A stretch of 64,000 bases of DNA from Sediminitomix flava (lineage in GTDB: Bacteria > Bacteroidota > Bacteroidia > Cytophagales > Flammeovirgaceae). Below, piece by piece: positions 1-9,954 of this stretch; the first letter of the stretch is position 1, and each line of letters starts with the position of its first letter. The position numbers were made by a program, and so were the translations under genes. The stretch is from positions 576,379 through 640,378 of the forward strand of contig NZ_QGDO01000003.1 in the NCBI RefSeq assembly GCF_003149185.1. The letters run 5' to 3'. A model generated the notes under the pieces. It ran no database searches, was not told the origin of the DNA, and saw only the letters and a list, made by a program, of their open reading frames with translations.

Positions 1-297
1 ATGGAGACAGAACCTATTACAGGAAGAACTCATCAATTAAGACTCCATTTTGGAAAAATAAGACACTATATTTTGGGCGATACGAGATACGGTGATAATA
101 AGCAGAATAAGATGTTAGAAGAGCAATTTCAGAACAAATTTTTGCTTTTGCACTGTAAAAAAATGTCATTCATTCACCCTTACACTAAGGAGACTGTTAC
201 TGTATCGGCGGCATTGTCAGAAAACTTTCACAATGTATCTAAAGCGATGGGATTATTAGAAAATGTAACATTACCGATAAGTTCTGTTTTAGATTAA
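1..297 (+). CDS. RluA-family pseudouridine synthase, C-terminal fragment (5' end outside window)
   Basis: TGRTHQLRLH motif typical of the RluA/TruA pseudouridine synthase catalytic region; the ORF runs off the window start. Confidence 0.55.
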   Translation: METEPITGRTHQLRLHFGKIRHYILGDTRYGDNKQNKMLEEQFQNKFLLLHCKKMSFIHPYTKETVTVSAALSENFHNVSKAMGLLENVTLPISSVLD

Positions 298-339
298 ATA
301 TTTACTTTAGCTTTTCATATATAAATAAGCTAATCAAAC

Positions 340-1533
340 ATGAAAAGAATTTATAGTATAGTTTTTAGCCTTTTACTTTTGGTAGGTTGTTCTTCAACAC
401 AGGAGAAATCCTCATCAGCGTCTAATTCTAAGATGGATATAAAAGTTGCAACATATAATTCCTCACTATACAGAAAAGCAAAGGGAGAATTGTTTAAGAG
501 TTTGAATAATGGTTGGGATATTCAAGCCCTTAACCTAGCTAAGGTTATTCAAGAAGTTCGTCCTGATGTTCTAATCCTTCAAGAGTTTGACTATGAAGAA
601 GGAGGAGAATCTTTAGATGTATTTGTAGATAAATACTTGAATAAAGATCAAGGAGATACGGAAGCAATCAATTATAAATATCGTTGGTCAGTGCCTACCA
701 ATACTGGATATGCAACAGGCGTTGATTTGGATGGTGATGGTAAATTGGGTGCTGGAGATTGTTTTGGTTTTGGTCAGTATGAAGGACAGTATGGTTTCGC
801 TATTCTTTCTAAATTCCCATTTGATCAATCACAAGCAAAAACTTTCCAAAAGTTCTTATGGAAAGATATGCCTAACGCAAACCTACCAGTAAAAGAGGAT
901 GGCCAAAGTTATTATTCAGATGAAGCGCTTGAGATATTCAGGTTGTCATCTAAAAATCATATAGACCTAACTGTAGATGTAAATGGTACTTCTGTTCATC
1001 TTCTAGTTGCACACCCTACACCTCCTGTTTTTGATGGCGAAGAAGACAGAAATGGTAAAAGAAATCATGATGAGATCAGACTTTTAGCTGATTATATCAG
1101 TGGAGGGGAGAAAGCTGTATATTTATATGATGACAAAGGAGAGAAGGGGGGATTAAAGCCGAACTCACATTTTATAGTCTTTGGAGATATGAATGCTGAT
1201 CCTATTGATGGAGATTCATTTAATTCGGCAATTCACCAATTGACAAAGCATTCTGAAATCAATAATGAAGCTTCAGAAGGCAAGTTTGTGCCTCAAAGAA
1301 CAGAAGTTGATTCAATTTCTTATGCTTTAGCTAAGAAATATAAGAAAAAAGGAGATGTGAAATTCCAAACTTCAGAGTTTGGGCTAAGAATCGATTATGT
1401 ACTTCCGAGTAATAATTTTGAAGTAAAAGGGTCTGGTATCTTTTGGCCTTCAGCTTCCGATTCACTTGGCTATTTGATGGAAAGAGATGCTTCTTCAGAT
1501 CATAGAATGGTATGGATGGAATTGGGTTTATAA
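340..1533 (+). CDS. Endonuclease/exonuclease/phosphatase (EEP) family lipoprotein
   Basis: Lipoprotein signal (LLLVGCSS). EEP-like motifs VLILQEFD, HLLVAHPTPP and C-terminal SDHRMVWMEL. Confidence 0.55.
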   Translation: MKRIYSIVFSLLLLVGCSSTQEKSSSASNSKMDIKVATYNSSLYRKAKGELFKSLNNGWDIQALNLAKVIQEVRPDVLILQEFDYEEGGESLDVFVDKYLNKDQGDTEAINYKYRWSVPTNTGYATGVDLDGDGKLGAGDCFGFGQYEGQYGFAILSKFPFDQSQAKTFQKFLWKDMPNANLPVKEDGQSYYSDEALEIFRLSSKNHIDLTVDVNGTSVHLLVAHPTPPVFDGEEDRNGKRNHDEIRLLADYISGGEKAVYLYDDKGEKGGLKPNSHFIVFGDMNADPIDGDSFNSAIHQLTKHSEINNEASEGKFVPQRTEVDSISYALAKKYKKKGDVKFQTSEFGLRIDYVLPSNNFEVKGSGIFWPSASDSLGYLMERDASSDHRMVWMELGL

Positions 1534-1644
1534 ATCCTTTTTAGTGATTCTATATTAGCGTAATTACGGATTTTTCTTACATCAATGAATGTTATGGTTG
1601 AAAGTGATTATAGAACTATCATTGTCAATCTTAATAGCTGAGTT

Positions 1645-2181
1645 GTGACGTATTCATTGATTGTAATAGTATTATATTTTCTGCCTTTTGTGGTTGTTGG
1701 ACAACAACAAAAGCCTAAGGCAGAAATTATAAGCAAATCAGAAGTTCCTTATAGGGTACTTGAAGCTGTATCAGAAGATTTTCCAAAGGCTGAAGTCAAA
1801 GACTATGTTCGAATCCCACAAGATATGTATGATCTAGATTGGGGAGATGATGTGGTTTTTAAAACAAGAGGCCCAGCACCTGACTTGTATAGGGTGAAAC
1901 TGAAAGGGAAGTATTCAAAGCGAGATTTGATTTATAATGAGGAAGGTAAGTTACTTTGGAGTGATCAGAAAGATAAGTATCATGAACTTCCTTTAGCTGT
2001 AAATCAGGCAATAGCTCAAGAATATGGTTCTGGTGTTATTTTTAAAAATAAACACTTTGTAAACCCCAATAGCGAAATCCCAGAATATTATAAAGTCAAG
2101 GTGCGAAGTGATAATTATGATACTCATGTGGTTTGGGTGGAGCCGAATGGAAATATCTTTAAATCTTATACTTACGACTGA
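1645..2181 (+). CDS. Secreted hypothetical protein, possibly PepSY-like
   Basis: GTG-initiated ORF with a hydrophobic N-terminal signal; no recognised catalytic motif. Confidence 0.35.
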   Translation: MTYSLIVIVLYFLPFVVVGQQQKPKAEIISKSEVPYRVLEAVSEDFPKAEVKDYVRIPQDMYDLDWGDDVVFKTRGPAPDLYRVKLKGKYSKRDLIYNEEGKLLWSDQKDKYHELPLAVNQAIAQEYGSGVIFKNKHFVNPNSEIPEYYKVKVRSDNYDTHVVWVEPNGNIFKSYTYD

Positions 2182-2268
2182 TATTGAACTGATAATAGTT
2201 AAAATTAAAAAAGCTATCTCAATTTCTTTTGAGATAGCTTTTTTAATTAGAAGAAACAGGTTTTACTC

Positions 2269-3780
2269 CTAGAAAATAGTAAGCATGTCTTGAGGTTTTT
2301 CGGCATTTTCTACTTCAGTACTGATTTTAAATCTAGCTATATTTTCAGTAGAAAAACCAAGAATCATGATGTCATTGGTTTGTTCTTGGTCAGATGCCCA
2401 AGTATCAAGTGCTTTGTTGAAAGCTGCTTCCTGTTGATACAATGGTGTTTTTTGGATTGATTCCAAGAATCGTAACAGCCTTGTTCGACCTAGCGCTACT
2501 TTATTTTCATTGAGTTGCTTTTCAAAACCATCAGAACAGATATAGAAATTCGTGATTTTATCTAGGTTTAACTCATGTATATCCCAATCATCTCTTTCAT
2601 GATTGGATTCACCAATTACATAATCATTTCCTTCGATAATTTTAGCCTCTTTATCCTCAAAATAGATAAAAGGTATTCCAGAACCTGAGTAAGTAAGTGT
2701 ATTCTTAGAGTGATTGATAATGCAGATACCAATATCTAAGGAACCAGATGTATTTGTCGTATCTTTCTTTAATACTTTTCTGAATTTTTGATTGATAGCA
2801 TTGATAATGAAGTCAGGTGAAATGATTTCATTTTTTTGTATTACTTCTTGAAAAATCTGAAATCCAATAAGTGATAAGAAGGCTCCTGAAATACCATGTC
2901 CCATAAAATCGGCTGCAATCAATATCGAAAAACGGCTAGTATGCTTGAACCAGTAAACATCACCACTAACGGTCTGTTTTGGTTTGTAATACATAAAGCT
3001 ATTCGGGATATAAACCTGAATTTTCTTCAAGCTAGGAAGCATCAAATCTTGAATACTTTTAGCGTAACTGATACTTTGTTCAAACTCTTGGTTGTAGTTT
3101 TCTAGCTTCGTATTATTTTTTCTAGTTCTGTCATTTGTGATTTTTAGGTCTCTAAGCTGTAAACTAATTTGCTTACGTTGTTTGTCTACGATCAAGTGAC
3201 TTAATTTTTTTCCTTCCTCATAAACAAAAAGGACAATCAAAAACCAGAACATTATCCCTGCAAGATTTATCAAGAAAGTCACTAAATGAGTTTCTTTATC
3301 AAAAGTGATACTTTCAAACGGATAGATGCTGTAGTGCCCTAATGTATAAACCCAAGCAGAAATTACTATAAACCAGAAGAAAGTACTGACTCTTCCGCCA
3401 TATACAAAACACGAAATAGGAGTGATAGCATGAAATATTAGAATTGGTGAGTTGATGCCACCTGTTTCTAGAACAATTCCATTAATGGCTAAAAATGAGA
3501 AAATAGAAGAAAGGTTTATGATAATTCCTTTTGGAACACGCTGTCTGATCATAAGAATAACAATTGTAGCGTTTACCACAAGTGCTAGGCTACTCACGAA
3601 ACTGATTCTTGCATCAAGGTATAGGAATAGCAAACTATAGCTTAACGCCATTAACATTGTGAGGAAATTGATGATTACAATGGAGATGGAATCGGAATAG
3701 CTAGTAGAGTGCTTATTTCTAAATTCTATGGGAAGAAATGGCTCAGCAAGAGAAATGAATAATTTTGTAATACTACTCAT
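2269..3780 (-). CDS. Polytopic membrane sensor fused to a PP2C/SpoIIE-family serine phosphatase
   Basis: The N-terminal ~200 aa has multiple hydrophobic helices. The C-terminus carries SpoIIE/PP2C-like motifs (GDVYWF...ILIAADFMGHGISGAF...FYICSDGF). Confidence 0.6.
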   Translation of the reverse strand: MSSITKLFISLAEPFLPIEFRNKHSTSYSDSISIVIINFLTMLMALSYSLLFLYLDARISFVSSLALVVNATIVILMIRQRVPKGIIINLSSIFSFLAINGIVLETGGINSPILIFHAITPISCFVYGGRVSTFFWFIVISAWVYTLGHYSIYPFESITFDKETHLVTFLINLAGIMFWFLIVLFVYEEGKKLSHLIVDKQRKQISLQLRDLKITNDRTRKNNTKLENYNQEFEQSISYAKSIQDLMLPSLKKIQVYIPNSFMYYKPKQTVSGDVYWFKHTSRFSILIAADFMGHGISGAFLSLIGFQIFQEVIQKNEIISPDFIINAINQKFRKVLKKDTTNTSGSLDIGICIINHSKNTLTYSGSGIPFIYFEDKEAKIIEGNDYVIGESNHERDDWDIHELNLDKITNFYICSDGFEKQLNENKVALGRTRLLRFLESIQKTPLYQQEAAFNKALDTWASDQEQTNDIMILGFSTENIARFKISTEVENAEKPQDMLTIF

Positions 3781-3939
3781 AAAAATGTAATTGTTCTACC
3801 TTAAAAAATATAGAGTGTTGACATTTTTAATAATGGAAAAAGTTAAATCAATTCCAAGTATAGTTTGATTTTTTATTCAGTAATAAACCGTTTTAATCCA
3901 TCGAAGCTTTACTTTTGTAGAAGAGGATAGATTTGAAAT

Positions 3940-4863
3940 ATGCAAAAGGATAAACTTACAGTTATACTCGGGCCAACAGCAAGTGGGAAAACACATTTAG
4001 CAGTTCATCTAGCTAATGATTTAGGAGGAGAGGTGATATCGGCGGATTCAAGGCAAGTATATCGAAAAATGGATATAGGAACTGGGAAAGATTTGAATGA
4101 ATACACCCTAGGTGAAAATAATATTCCTTATCATCTTATTGATATCTGTGAACCTGGTGAAAAGTATTTATTAAGTGACTTTCAAAAAGATTTTAAGACT
4201 TCATACCAAAAAATTCTTTCAAATAACCATTATCCAATCTTGTGTGGAGGAACGGGTTTGTATATCCAATCAATTTTAGAGAATTATCAATATGCATTTA
4301 TTCCCAATGATCAATCCCTAAGAGATTCTTTAGATGATTTGACACAAGACCAATTACTTAAACAACTAGATTTACTTCCCTTTTCTAAAGAGTTTCATGA
4401 TCGAAAGAATAGAAAAAGAACCATTAGAGCTATTGAAATTGGTACTTTCTTGAAGGATAATCCGAATACTGATAATATATCAAAAAACGAATTAGAGGCT
4501 GTAATCATAGGGATTGATATAGATCGTGATACTAGAAGGTCTAAAATAAGCAATAGACTCAAAGAGCGATTACAAGAAGGCATGATTGAAGAAGTTGAAA
4601 GTTTGCTCAAGTATATTCCTTCTGAAGACTTAATCTATTATGGTTTAGAATATAAATTTCTTACTGAATATCTCTTGGGAAAGCTTACTTATGATGAAAT
4701 GTATCAAAAACTAGAATCAGGAATCCATCAGTATGCAAAACGGCAGATGACTTGGTTTAGAGGCATGGAGAGGAAAGGCTATCAAATTAATTGGCTTTCT
4801 TTTGATATTCCGACAGATGAAAAAGTGCAAATCTGCAAAGAATTAATTCTTAAAAAAGTATAA
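3940..4863 (+). CDS. miaA: tRNA dimethylallyltransferase
   Basis: P-loop ILGPTASGKT followed by SADSRQVYRKMDIGTGK, diagnostic of MiaA/IPP transferase. Confidence 0.85.
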   Translation: MQKDKLTVILGPTASGKTHLAVHLANDLGGEVISADSRQVYRKMDIGTGKDLNEYTLGENNIPYHLIDICEPGEKYLLSDFQKDFKTSYQKILSNNHYPILCGGTGLYIQSILENYQYAFIPNDQSLRDSLDDLTQDQLLKQLDLLPFSKEFHDRKNRKRTIRAIEIGTFLKDNPNTDNISKNELEAVIIGIDIDRDTRRSKISNRLKERLQEGMIEEVESLLKYIPSEDLIYYGLEYKFLTEYLLGKLTYDEMYQKLESGIHQYAKRQMTWFRGMERKGYQINWLSFDIPTDEKVQICKELILKKV

Positions 4864-4922
4864 GGTTTTTAACTATTGATCATATTCTTCCGTTATAGCA
4901 TTCGGAAAATTTAAGATAAAAG

Positions 4923-5717
4923 ATGAGCAATAAGATTACAGTTTGGCAAGAAGATTTTAGTGTAAGAGCATATCAAGTTGATCATAGAGCAAAGTTAAAA
5001 CCTACAGCCGTAGCACAATTATTTCAAGAAGCGGCAGGAAATCATGCAACTGCCAATGGAGCAGGTTTTCATGATATTTTCAAAATGGGTAAAATGTGGG
5101 TCCTTAGCCGATTGAAGTTTGAGGTGAATGGTAGACCTGTTTTGTTTGACCAAGTAACGTTGAAAACATGGGTAAAATCCGTTAATGATTTCAACTCTGA
5201 AAGAGAGTTTGTTTTTGAAGATAAAGATGGGAATGTTTTGGTAAAAGGTTCTTCGTTATGGTTTATGCTTGATATGAAAACTAGAAGACCTTCTGCACTA
5301 GAGCCTGTCAAATCTTATTTTAACATAGAAGAAAATTTATCTTCAATAGGTGCGTTAGAAAAGATCAATGTTGAAGGGGAACTGAAATTTACAGATGCTA
5401 GAAATGTGAAATATTCAGACCTTGATCCTAATAATCATGTAAATAATGTGAAGTATTTAGAATGGGCACTGGATAGTTATCCATTTTCATATGTACAGAA
5501 AAATAAGTTATTAGGTTTTGAATTGAACTTTTTAGCAGAGACTCGAATGGGAGATGAGGTAATTCTTGAAACTCATGAAGTCAATCTTGAAAATAGAACT
5601 GTACTTTATACTAAGGTTAAAAATAAAGCAACTGATAAGCTAGTTTGTGTTGTCTCAACAGAATGGAAAAAGGCTAAAAAAGCCGTTGACCAAGCTAAAG
5701 AATTAGAATTAGCTTAA
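4923..5717 (+). CDS. Acyl-ACP thioesterase
   Basis: Length and hotdog-tandem organisation fit. The conserved N-terminal region (YQVD...KLKP..L..LFQEAAG.H) resembles FatA/B-type bacterial acyl-ACP thioesterases. Confidence 0.6.
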   Translation: MSNKITVWQEDFSVRAYQVDHRAKLKPTAVAQLFQEAAGNHATANGAGFHDIFKMGKMWVLSRLKFEVNGRPVLFDQVTLKTWVKSVNDFNSEREFVFEDKDGNVLVKGSSLWFMLDMKTRRPSALEPVKSYFNIEENLSSIGALEKINVEGELKFTDARNVKYSDLDPNNHVNNVKYLEWALDSYPFSYVQKNKLLGFELNFLAETRMGDEVILETHEVNLENRTVLYTKVKNKATDKLVCVVSTEWKKAKKAVDQAKELELA

Positions 5718-5820
5718 TATTCATAAATGAAATATAAAGAAACACATCAAGGTATGACTTTGGTGTGTTTTTTTGTTCTGCATAAAAATATATTTTCTTT
5801 GTAGAAAATTAGATAAAACT

Positions 5821-6465
5821 ATGATTGAAGTTAAAAAATTTACGTTCAATGATTTTTCTGAGAATACATATATCCTCTCAGATGAGACAAAGTCTTCAAT
5901 AATCATTGATCCGGGATGCTTGTATGAAAAAGAAAGAAATGAAATCTTAAAATATATTTCTGATAATGAGCTGAAAGTAGAAAAGATTGTAAATACTCAT
6001 TGTCATCTTGATCATGTTTTTGGGAATAGATTTTTAAAAGATACTCTGAATGTGCCTTTAGCTATTCCAAAGGATGAGATAGAAGTATTTAATGCTGCAC
6101 CTTTAATGTCAAAAGCATATGGACTTCCAGAGGTAGAAGTATGTGAGTACGATGAGCTAATTGAGAATGAAGGACAAATTAGTTTCGGAAATTCTTCTTT
6201 AGAAATTCTTTATGTACCAGGGCACTCTCCAGGACACCTAGCATTTTATAGTGCCGAAGATAAATTCGTTATTAATGGAGATGTTCTATTCTTTGGCGGG
6301 ATTGGCCGTACAGATTTACCAGGCGGTAATTATAATACGCTAGAGAATAGTATCCGTACTAAAATGTATGCTTTACCAGAAGATACAAAAGTCTATTGTG
6401 GACATGGTCCAGAAACGACTATAGCGAATGAGAAACAATTTAATTCTTTTGTAAGACCAGAATAG
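5821..6465 (+). CDS. MBL-fold metallo-hydrolase (hydroxyacylglutathione hydrolase-like)
   Basis: HCHLDH (HxHxDH) zinc motif, plus downstream GHSPGH and CGHG. The start is placed at the internal ATG (5821); the ORF track starts at 5773. Confidence 0.65.
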   Translation: MIEVKKFTFNDFSENTYILSDETKSSIIIDPGCLYEKERNEILKYISDNELKVEKIVNTHCHLDHVFGNRFLKDTLNVPLAIPKDEIEVFNAAPLMSKAYGLPEVEVCEYDELIENEGQISFGNSSLEILYVPGHSPGHLAFYSAEDKFVINGDVLFFGGIGRTDLPGGNYNTLENSIRTKMYALPEDTKVYCGHGPETTIANEKQFNSFVRPE

Positions 6466-6474
6466 GGAAGCGTT

Positions 6475-7176
6475 ATGAATATTAAGAAACAAATCCCTAA
6501 TATTATTACTAGTGGAAACTTAGTAAGTGGTTGTCTAGGAATTATTGAGATTATAGAAGGTAACCTTGTCTTAGGTACTTATTTCATGATTTTGGCTGCT
6601 GTTTTCGATTTCTTTGATGGATTTGCAGCAAGGTTGCTTAAGGTGTCTTCACCAATGGGGAAAGAAATGGATTCATTGGCAGATATGGTGACATTTGGGG
6701 TATTGCCAGGAATGCTTATGATGCAGTTGCTAACTCAAGTTTTACCAAAAGATTCTTACCTAGTTTATGCAGGGCTTATTCTACCTGTATTTTCAGCGTT
6801 TAGATTGGCTAAATTCAATATTGATACGCGACAAACAGATACATTCTTGGGAGTGCCAACACCGGCAATGACTTTGTTGGTTTGTACATTACCATTCTTG
6901 TTTGATGAATTTCTTGAGATTGGACAGTTTTTGAATAATGCATGGTTTTTAATCTCAATCTCTATTATCATTTCAATACTTATGGTCTCTGATATCCCAA
7001 TGCTTGCGATGAAGTTCAAGAATTACAGTTGGGGAGATAATAAGGCGAGGTATATTTTTGCTTTAGGAGCAGTTCCACTCTTAATCTATTTTTCTGTTGG
7101 TGGAATACCATTTGTAATGATGTGGTATATTTTACTTTCAGTTTTGAATAACTTGAATGCTAAAGATAAATCATAA
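6475..7176 (+). CDS. pssA: CDP-alcohol phosphatidyltransferase (phosphatidylserine synthase, Bacteroidetes type)
   Basis: DG(x)2AR(x)8G(x)3D(x)3D motif (DGFAARLLKVSSPMGKEMDSLADMV) in a polytopic membrane protein. Confidence 0.6.
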   Translation: MNIKKQIPNIITSGNLVSGCLGIIEIIEGNLVLGTYFMILAAVFDFFDGFAARLLKVSSPMGKEMDSLADMVTFGVLPGMLMMQLLTQVLPKDSYLVYAGLILPVFSAFRLAKFNIDTRQTDTFLGVPTPAMTLLVCTLPFLFDEFLEIGQFLNNAWFLISISIIISILMVSDIPMLAMKFKNYSWGDNKARYIFALGAVPLLIYFSVGGIPFVMMWYILLSVLNNLNAKDKS

Positions 7177-7180
7177 AAAA

Positions 7181-7217
7181 AAGAGCCATTTCTACATAGA
7201 AATGGCTCTTTTTTTAT
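7181..7217. terminator. Bidirectional rho-independent terminator between convergent pssA and the D-TA-family gene
   Basis: 13-bp perfect stem (aagagccatttct / agaaatggctctt) with a 4-nt loop, flanked by an A-run upstream and a T-run downstream. Confidence 0.7.
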
Positions 7218-7224
7218 CTCAAAA

Positions 7225-8325
7225 TTATGACTTCATACATTCAATGATCTCACCATCTAAAGTGACTAACTTCTTAAGTTCATTAACAGTTAAGCAACTG
7301 TGTACTGGTAAGATTCCAATCACATCACCGACATTAACTTTGTCAAAATACTCTTGACTGGCTTTTATGATTCCGTGCTCTTGTGATAAAGATGCAAGGT
7401 ACATTCCATCTATTGGGTCACTCCATGAGTTTTCTTCAAGAAAAACAATATTTCCAAAGAACTTTGCACCCTTGTCAAAATAAAGATGGTCTTTAGATAA
7501 ATGAACAGCACCTCCGTATAATACAATCTCAAATCGATCTTCATGTTTTGCAACCACAGGACATGCCAGAGCTACTGCGATTTGTTTGGTTGAACAAGAA
7601 GTGATAAAGTTTTGCATTACATCATAGAATACAAAATTTCCAGGTCTTATCTCATCTAACCCTTCAAAGTTGTCAGCAACGCTACAAGACGGAGTGTCCC
7701 CAACGGATAAAATCAGATTAGGGTAATTTGGAAGAAAGTATTCTTTGAGTTCAAGCATAATACTTTTACTTTCTTCATGGATTTCAAGTATTTGTTCTTT
7801 TTCCCTAGCATGGTAAGTATGACCAGCATGAGCTAAGAAACCTTTAAATACGGTCTTATCTGATTTATCTATCTGTTGAGTTAAACTCGTAAGAAGCTCT
7901 TTTTTATATGCTTGGATACCTGTTCTGTGTGTTCCAACATCTATTTTAATAAATAAATGAACCGAATACTCAAGCTTATCTTGGAGTCTAATTATGGTGT
8001 CAATATCTTCAACTAGCAAATTCAGTTGTATTTTTTGAGCTAGCTTGTTTATCGTGTTTATCTCTAAAATATTTGTAGGGAAAGCCACCGTAATATCATT
8101 CCATCCGTCTTCTGCAAAATATTCAGCCATTTTTAAAGAAGACACAGTGATTGCTTTCACTCCAAAATCTCTGAACCAATTTCCAATCTCCTTACTCTGA
8201 TGTGTCTTGAAATGAGGCCTCAAAGCTATTTTATTAAGGAAGGCTTTATCGGTCATATCCTCAATATTTCTAAGGCATTTCTTCTTATCTAATAAAAGTG
8301 TTGGACTCGTGATATTATGATTCAT
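7225..8325 (-). CDS. D-TA/DSD1-family PLP-dependent enzyme (alanine racemase-fold; D-threonine aldolase / D-serine dehydratase-like)
   Basis: N-terminal PTLLLD...RPHFKTH motif typical of the DSD1 family; length ~366 aa. Confidence 0.55.
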   Translation of the reverse strand: MNHNITSPTLLLDKKKCLRNIEDMTDKAFLNKIALRPHFKTHQSKEIGNWFRDFGVKAITVSSLKMAEYFAEDGWNDITVAFPTNILEINTINKLAQKIQLNLLVEDIDTIIRLQDKLEYSVHLFIKIDVGTHRTGIQAYKKELLTSLTQQIDKSDKTVFKGFLAHAGHTYHAREKEQILEIHEESKSIMLELKEYFLPNYPNLILSVGDTPSCSVADNFEGLDEIRPGNFVFYDVMQNFITSCSTKQIAVALACPVVAKHEDRFEIVLYGGAVHLSKDHLYFDKGAKFFGNIVFLEENSWSDPIDGMYLASLSQEHGIIKASQEYFDKVNVGDVIGILPVHSCLTVNELKKLVTLDGEIIECMKS

Positions 8326-8661
8326 AGATGTACTTGATTGTATGCTTGAAAAAATGAATCAGAAATGTAAAAAAATTCTTTTTTATAAGGTGTGTCTTTA
8401 ACTTCTTTTAGAGCAAAAAAAAACAGATCGAAATACGACCTGCCTTTCCATTGCTTGTATAGTATTGTGTAACAAATATGCTTGATATACTAACTACTAA
8501 TTCGTTTGAATTAGAGCTGTATTATCAAGTGACGAATTTGGACTTTATACATTACTTAAGAACTACGCCTTTGTTAAGTAAAGGGTAATTGTTGTAATAG
8601 ATATGTTTTTTGAATTCATATTGCATTAACATTTGGTTTTTGATTAGATAATTTCTGAAAT

Positions 8662-9912
8662 ATGCCGTTTAGGTTTCTAGATGAGAATCAGACGCTTTCA
8701 AAGAGTTTGATCCAATTGTTACATATTCTTAATACTGTATTTTTTTTAGCAAGTTCTTTTCTAAGTTATCAGTATATATCTAAACATTTATTCTTGTCAT
8801 TATTAGGTTTATTGTTTCAAATTCAATTTTTCTTTTTGAATAGAAACCTGCTTGCTTATGTCGTTTTGACTTCGGGTTTACATATTTTGAGTCTTTTTCC
8901 TTTCTATAATAATCTTAGTTTAGTTTTACTCGCGCCTCTATTAGTACACCTTGTTTGTTCGATCTATTTAATAGCGACTTCTCAGAAAAAATCTATCTTT
9001 TGGATTATAGTAGTACATGTGTTCATGTTGGGAGGGCTTTTTATCGTGAATGTGTTCTCGGATGGGATAGAAGCATATAGTTTGGTTGTGCAGGAGTTTG
9101 AATATATTTCAATGGTATATTCATTACTAAGTATTTTATTCATATTGAGTTTTACATTTTATAGTTACACTCAATTAGAAAAAAGAGTAGTTTCTTTCAC
9201 TGAAAGAAATGAAAAGGTTTTAGCGGATAATCGCTCTTATGGAGGAGAGCTTAAAAGATTGACCGATAAAGTTTCTCGATTCCAGAAAGAAAAGGATGAT
9301 GAAAAGTGGATTTCAGAATTACACACCTATTTCATAGAAATAATTAGAGACTTACAAGAGAATGATGATATCTATGATGTGCTTTTGAGGCAACTTGCGC
9401 TTAAGATGGATTTAAATCAGTTGAGTATTTTCATCACTAAAAACTCTGAGAGTTCAAAGGCAAAATTGATTAAAGTAGCTTCATATGCTTTTGATGTTAC
9501 TAAGCATGAAGCGCATGAAGAAATTGAGGAGGGGGAAACACTATTAGGACAGTGCTTATTAGAAAAACAACAGGTAATCATTGACGATCTTCCTGAAGGG
9601 TATCTATATATTAGTTCTGGGTTAGGAGATGCATCTGCTAAATTCTTATTGATACAACCTTTATTATTTCATGAGACTCTAGAAGGAGTAATTGAAATCG
9701 CATCTTTCCATAAAATACCCTCACATCATCTGAAGTTCATCGAATTAATCTCAATCGAAATAGCCTCGATGATTAGGGGTAAGAAAACTGATAAGGTGAG
9801 TGATGAACTCTACAATCAGGTTTCTAGAAAAATGGAAATTTTAAAAGAAGAGAATAAGAGCCTAAAATTGAGATTAAAAGATTTTGAGAAGAATGACTCT
9901 ATAGATGCTTAG
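8662..9912 (+). CDS. Membrane protein with a C-terminal GAF-like domain and a coiled-coil tail
   Basis: About 170 aa of multi-pass hydrophobic N-terminus, then a GAF-like block (LLGQCLLEKQQVIIDDLPEG...GVIEIASF) and a charged coiled-coil C-terminus. No output domain recognised. Confidence 0.4.
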   Translation: MPFRFLDENQTLSKSLIQLLHILNTVFFLASSFLSYQYISKHLFLSLLGLLFQIQFFFLNRNLLAYVVLTSGLHILSLFPFYNNLSLVLLAPLLVHLVCSIYLIATSQKKSIFWIIVVHVFMLGGLFIVNVFSDGIEAYSLVVQEFEYISMVYSLLSILFILSFTFYSYTQLEKRVVSFTERNEKVLADNRSYGGELKRLTDKVSRFQKEKDDEKWISELHTYFIEIIRDLQENDDIYDVLLRQLALKMDLNQLSIFITKNSESSKAKLIKVASYAFDVTKHEAHEEIEEGETLLGQCLLEKQQVIIDDLPEGYLYISSGLGDASAKFLLIQPLLFHETLEGVIEIASFHKIPSHHLKFIELISIEIASMIRGKKTDKVSDELYNQVSRKMEILKEENKSLKLRLKDFEKNDSIDA

Positions 9913-9954
9913 CTGAGTCTTTGTTTAAGATTCCTGTTATATATTTCCCTTAAA

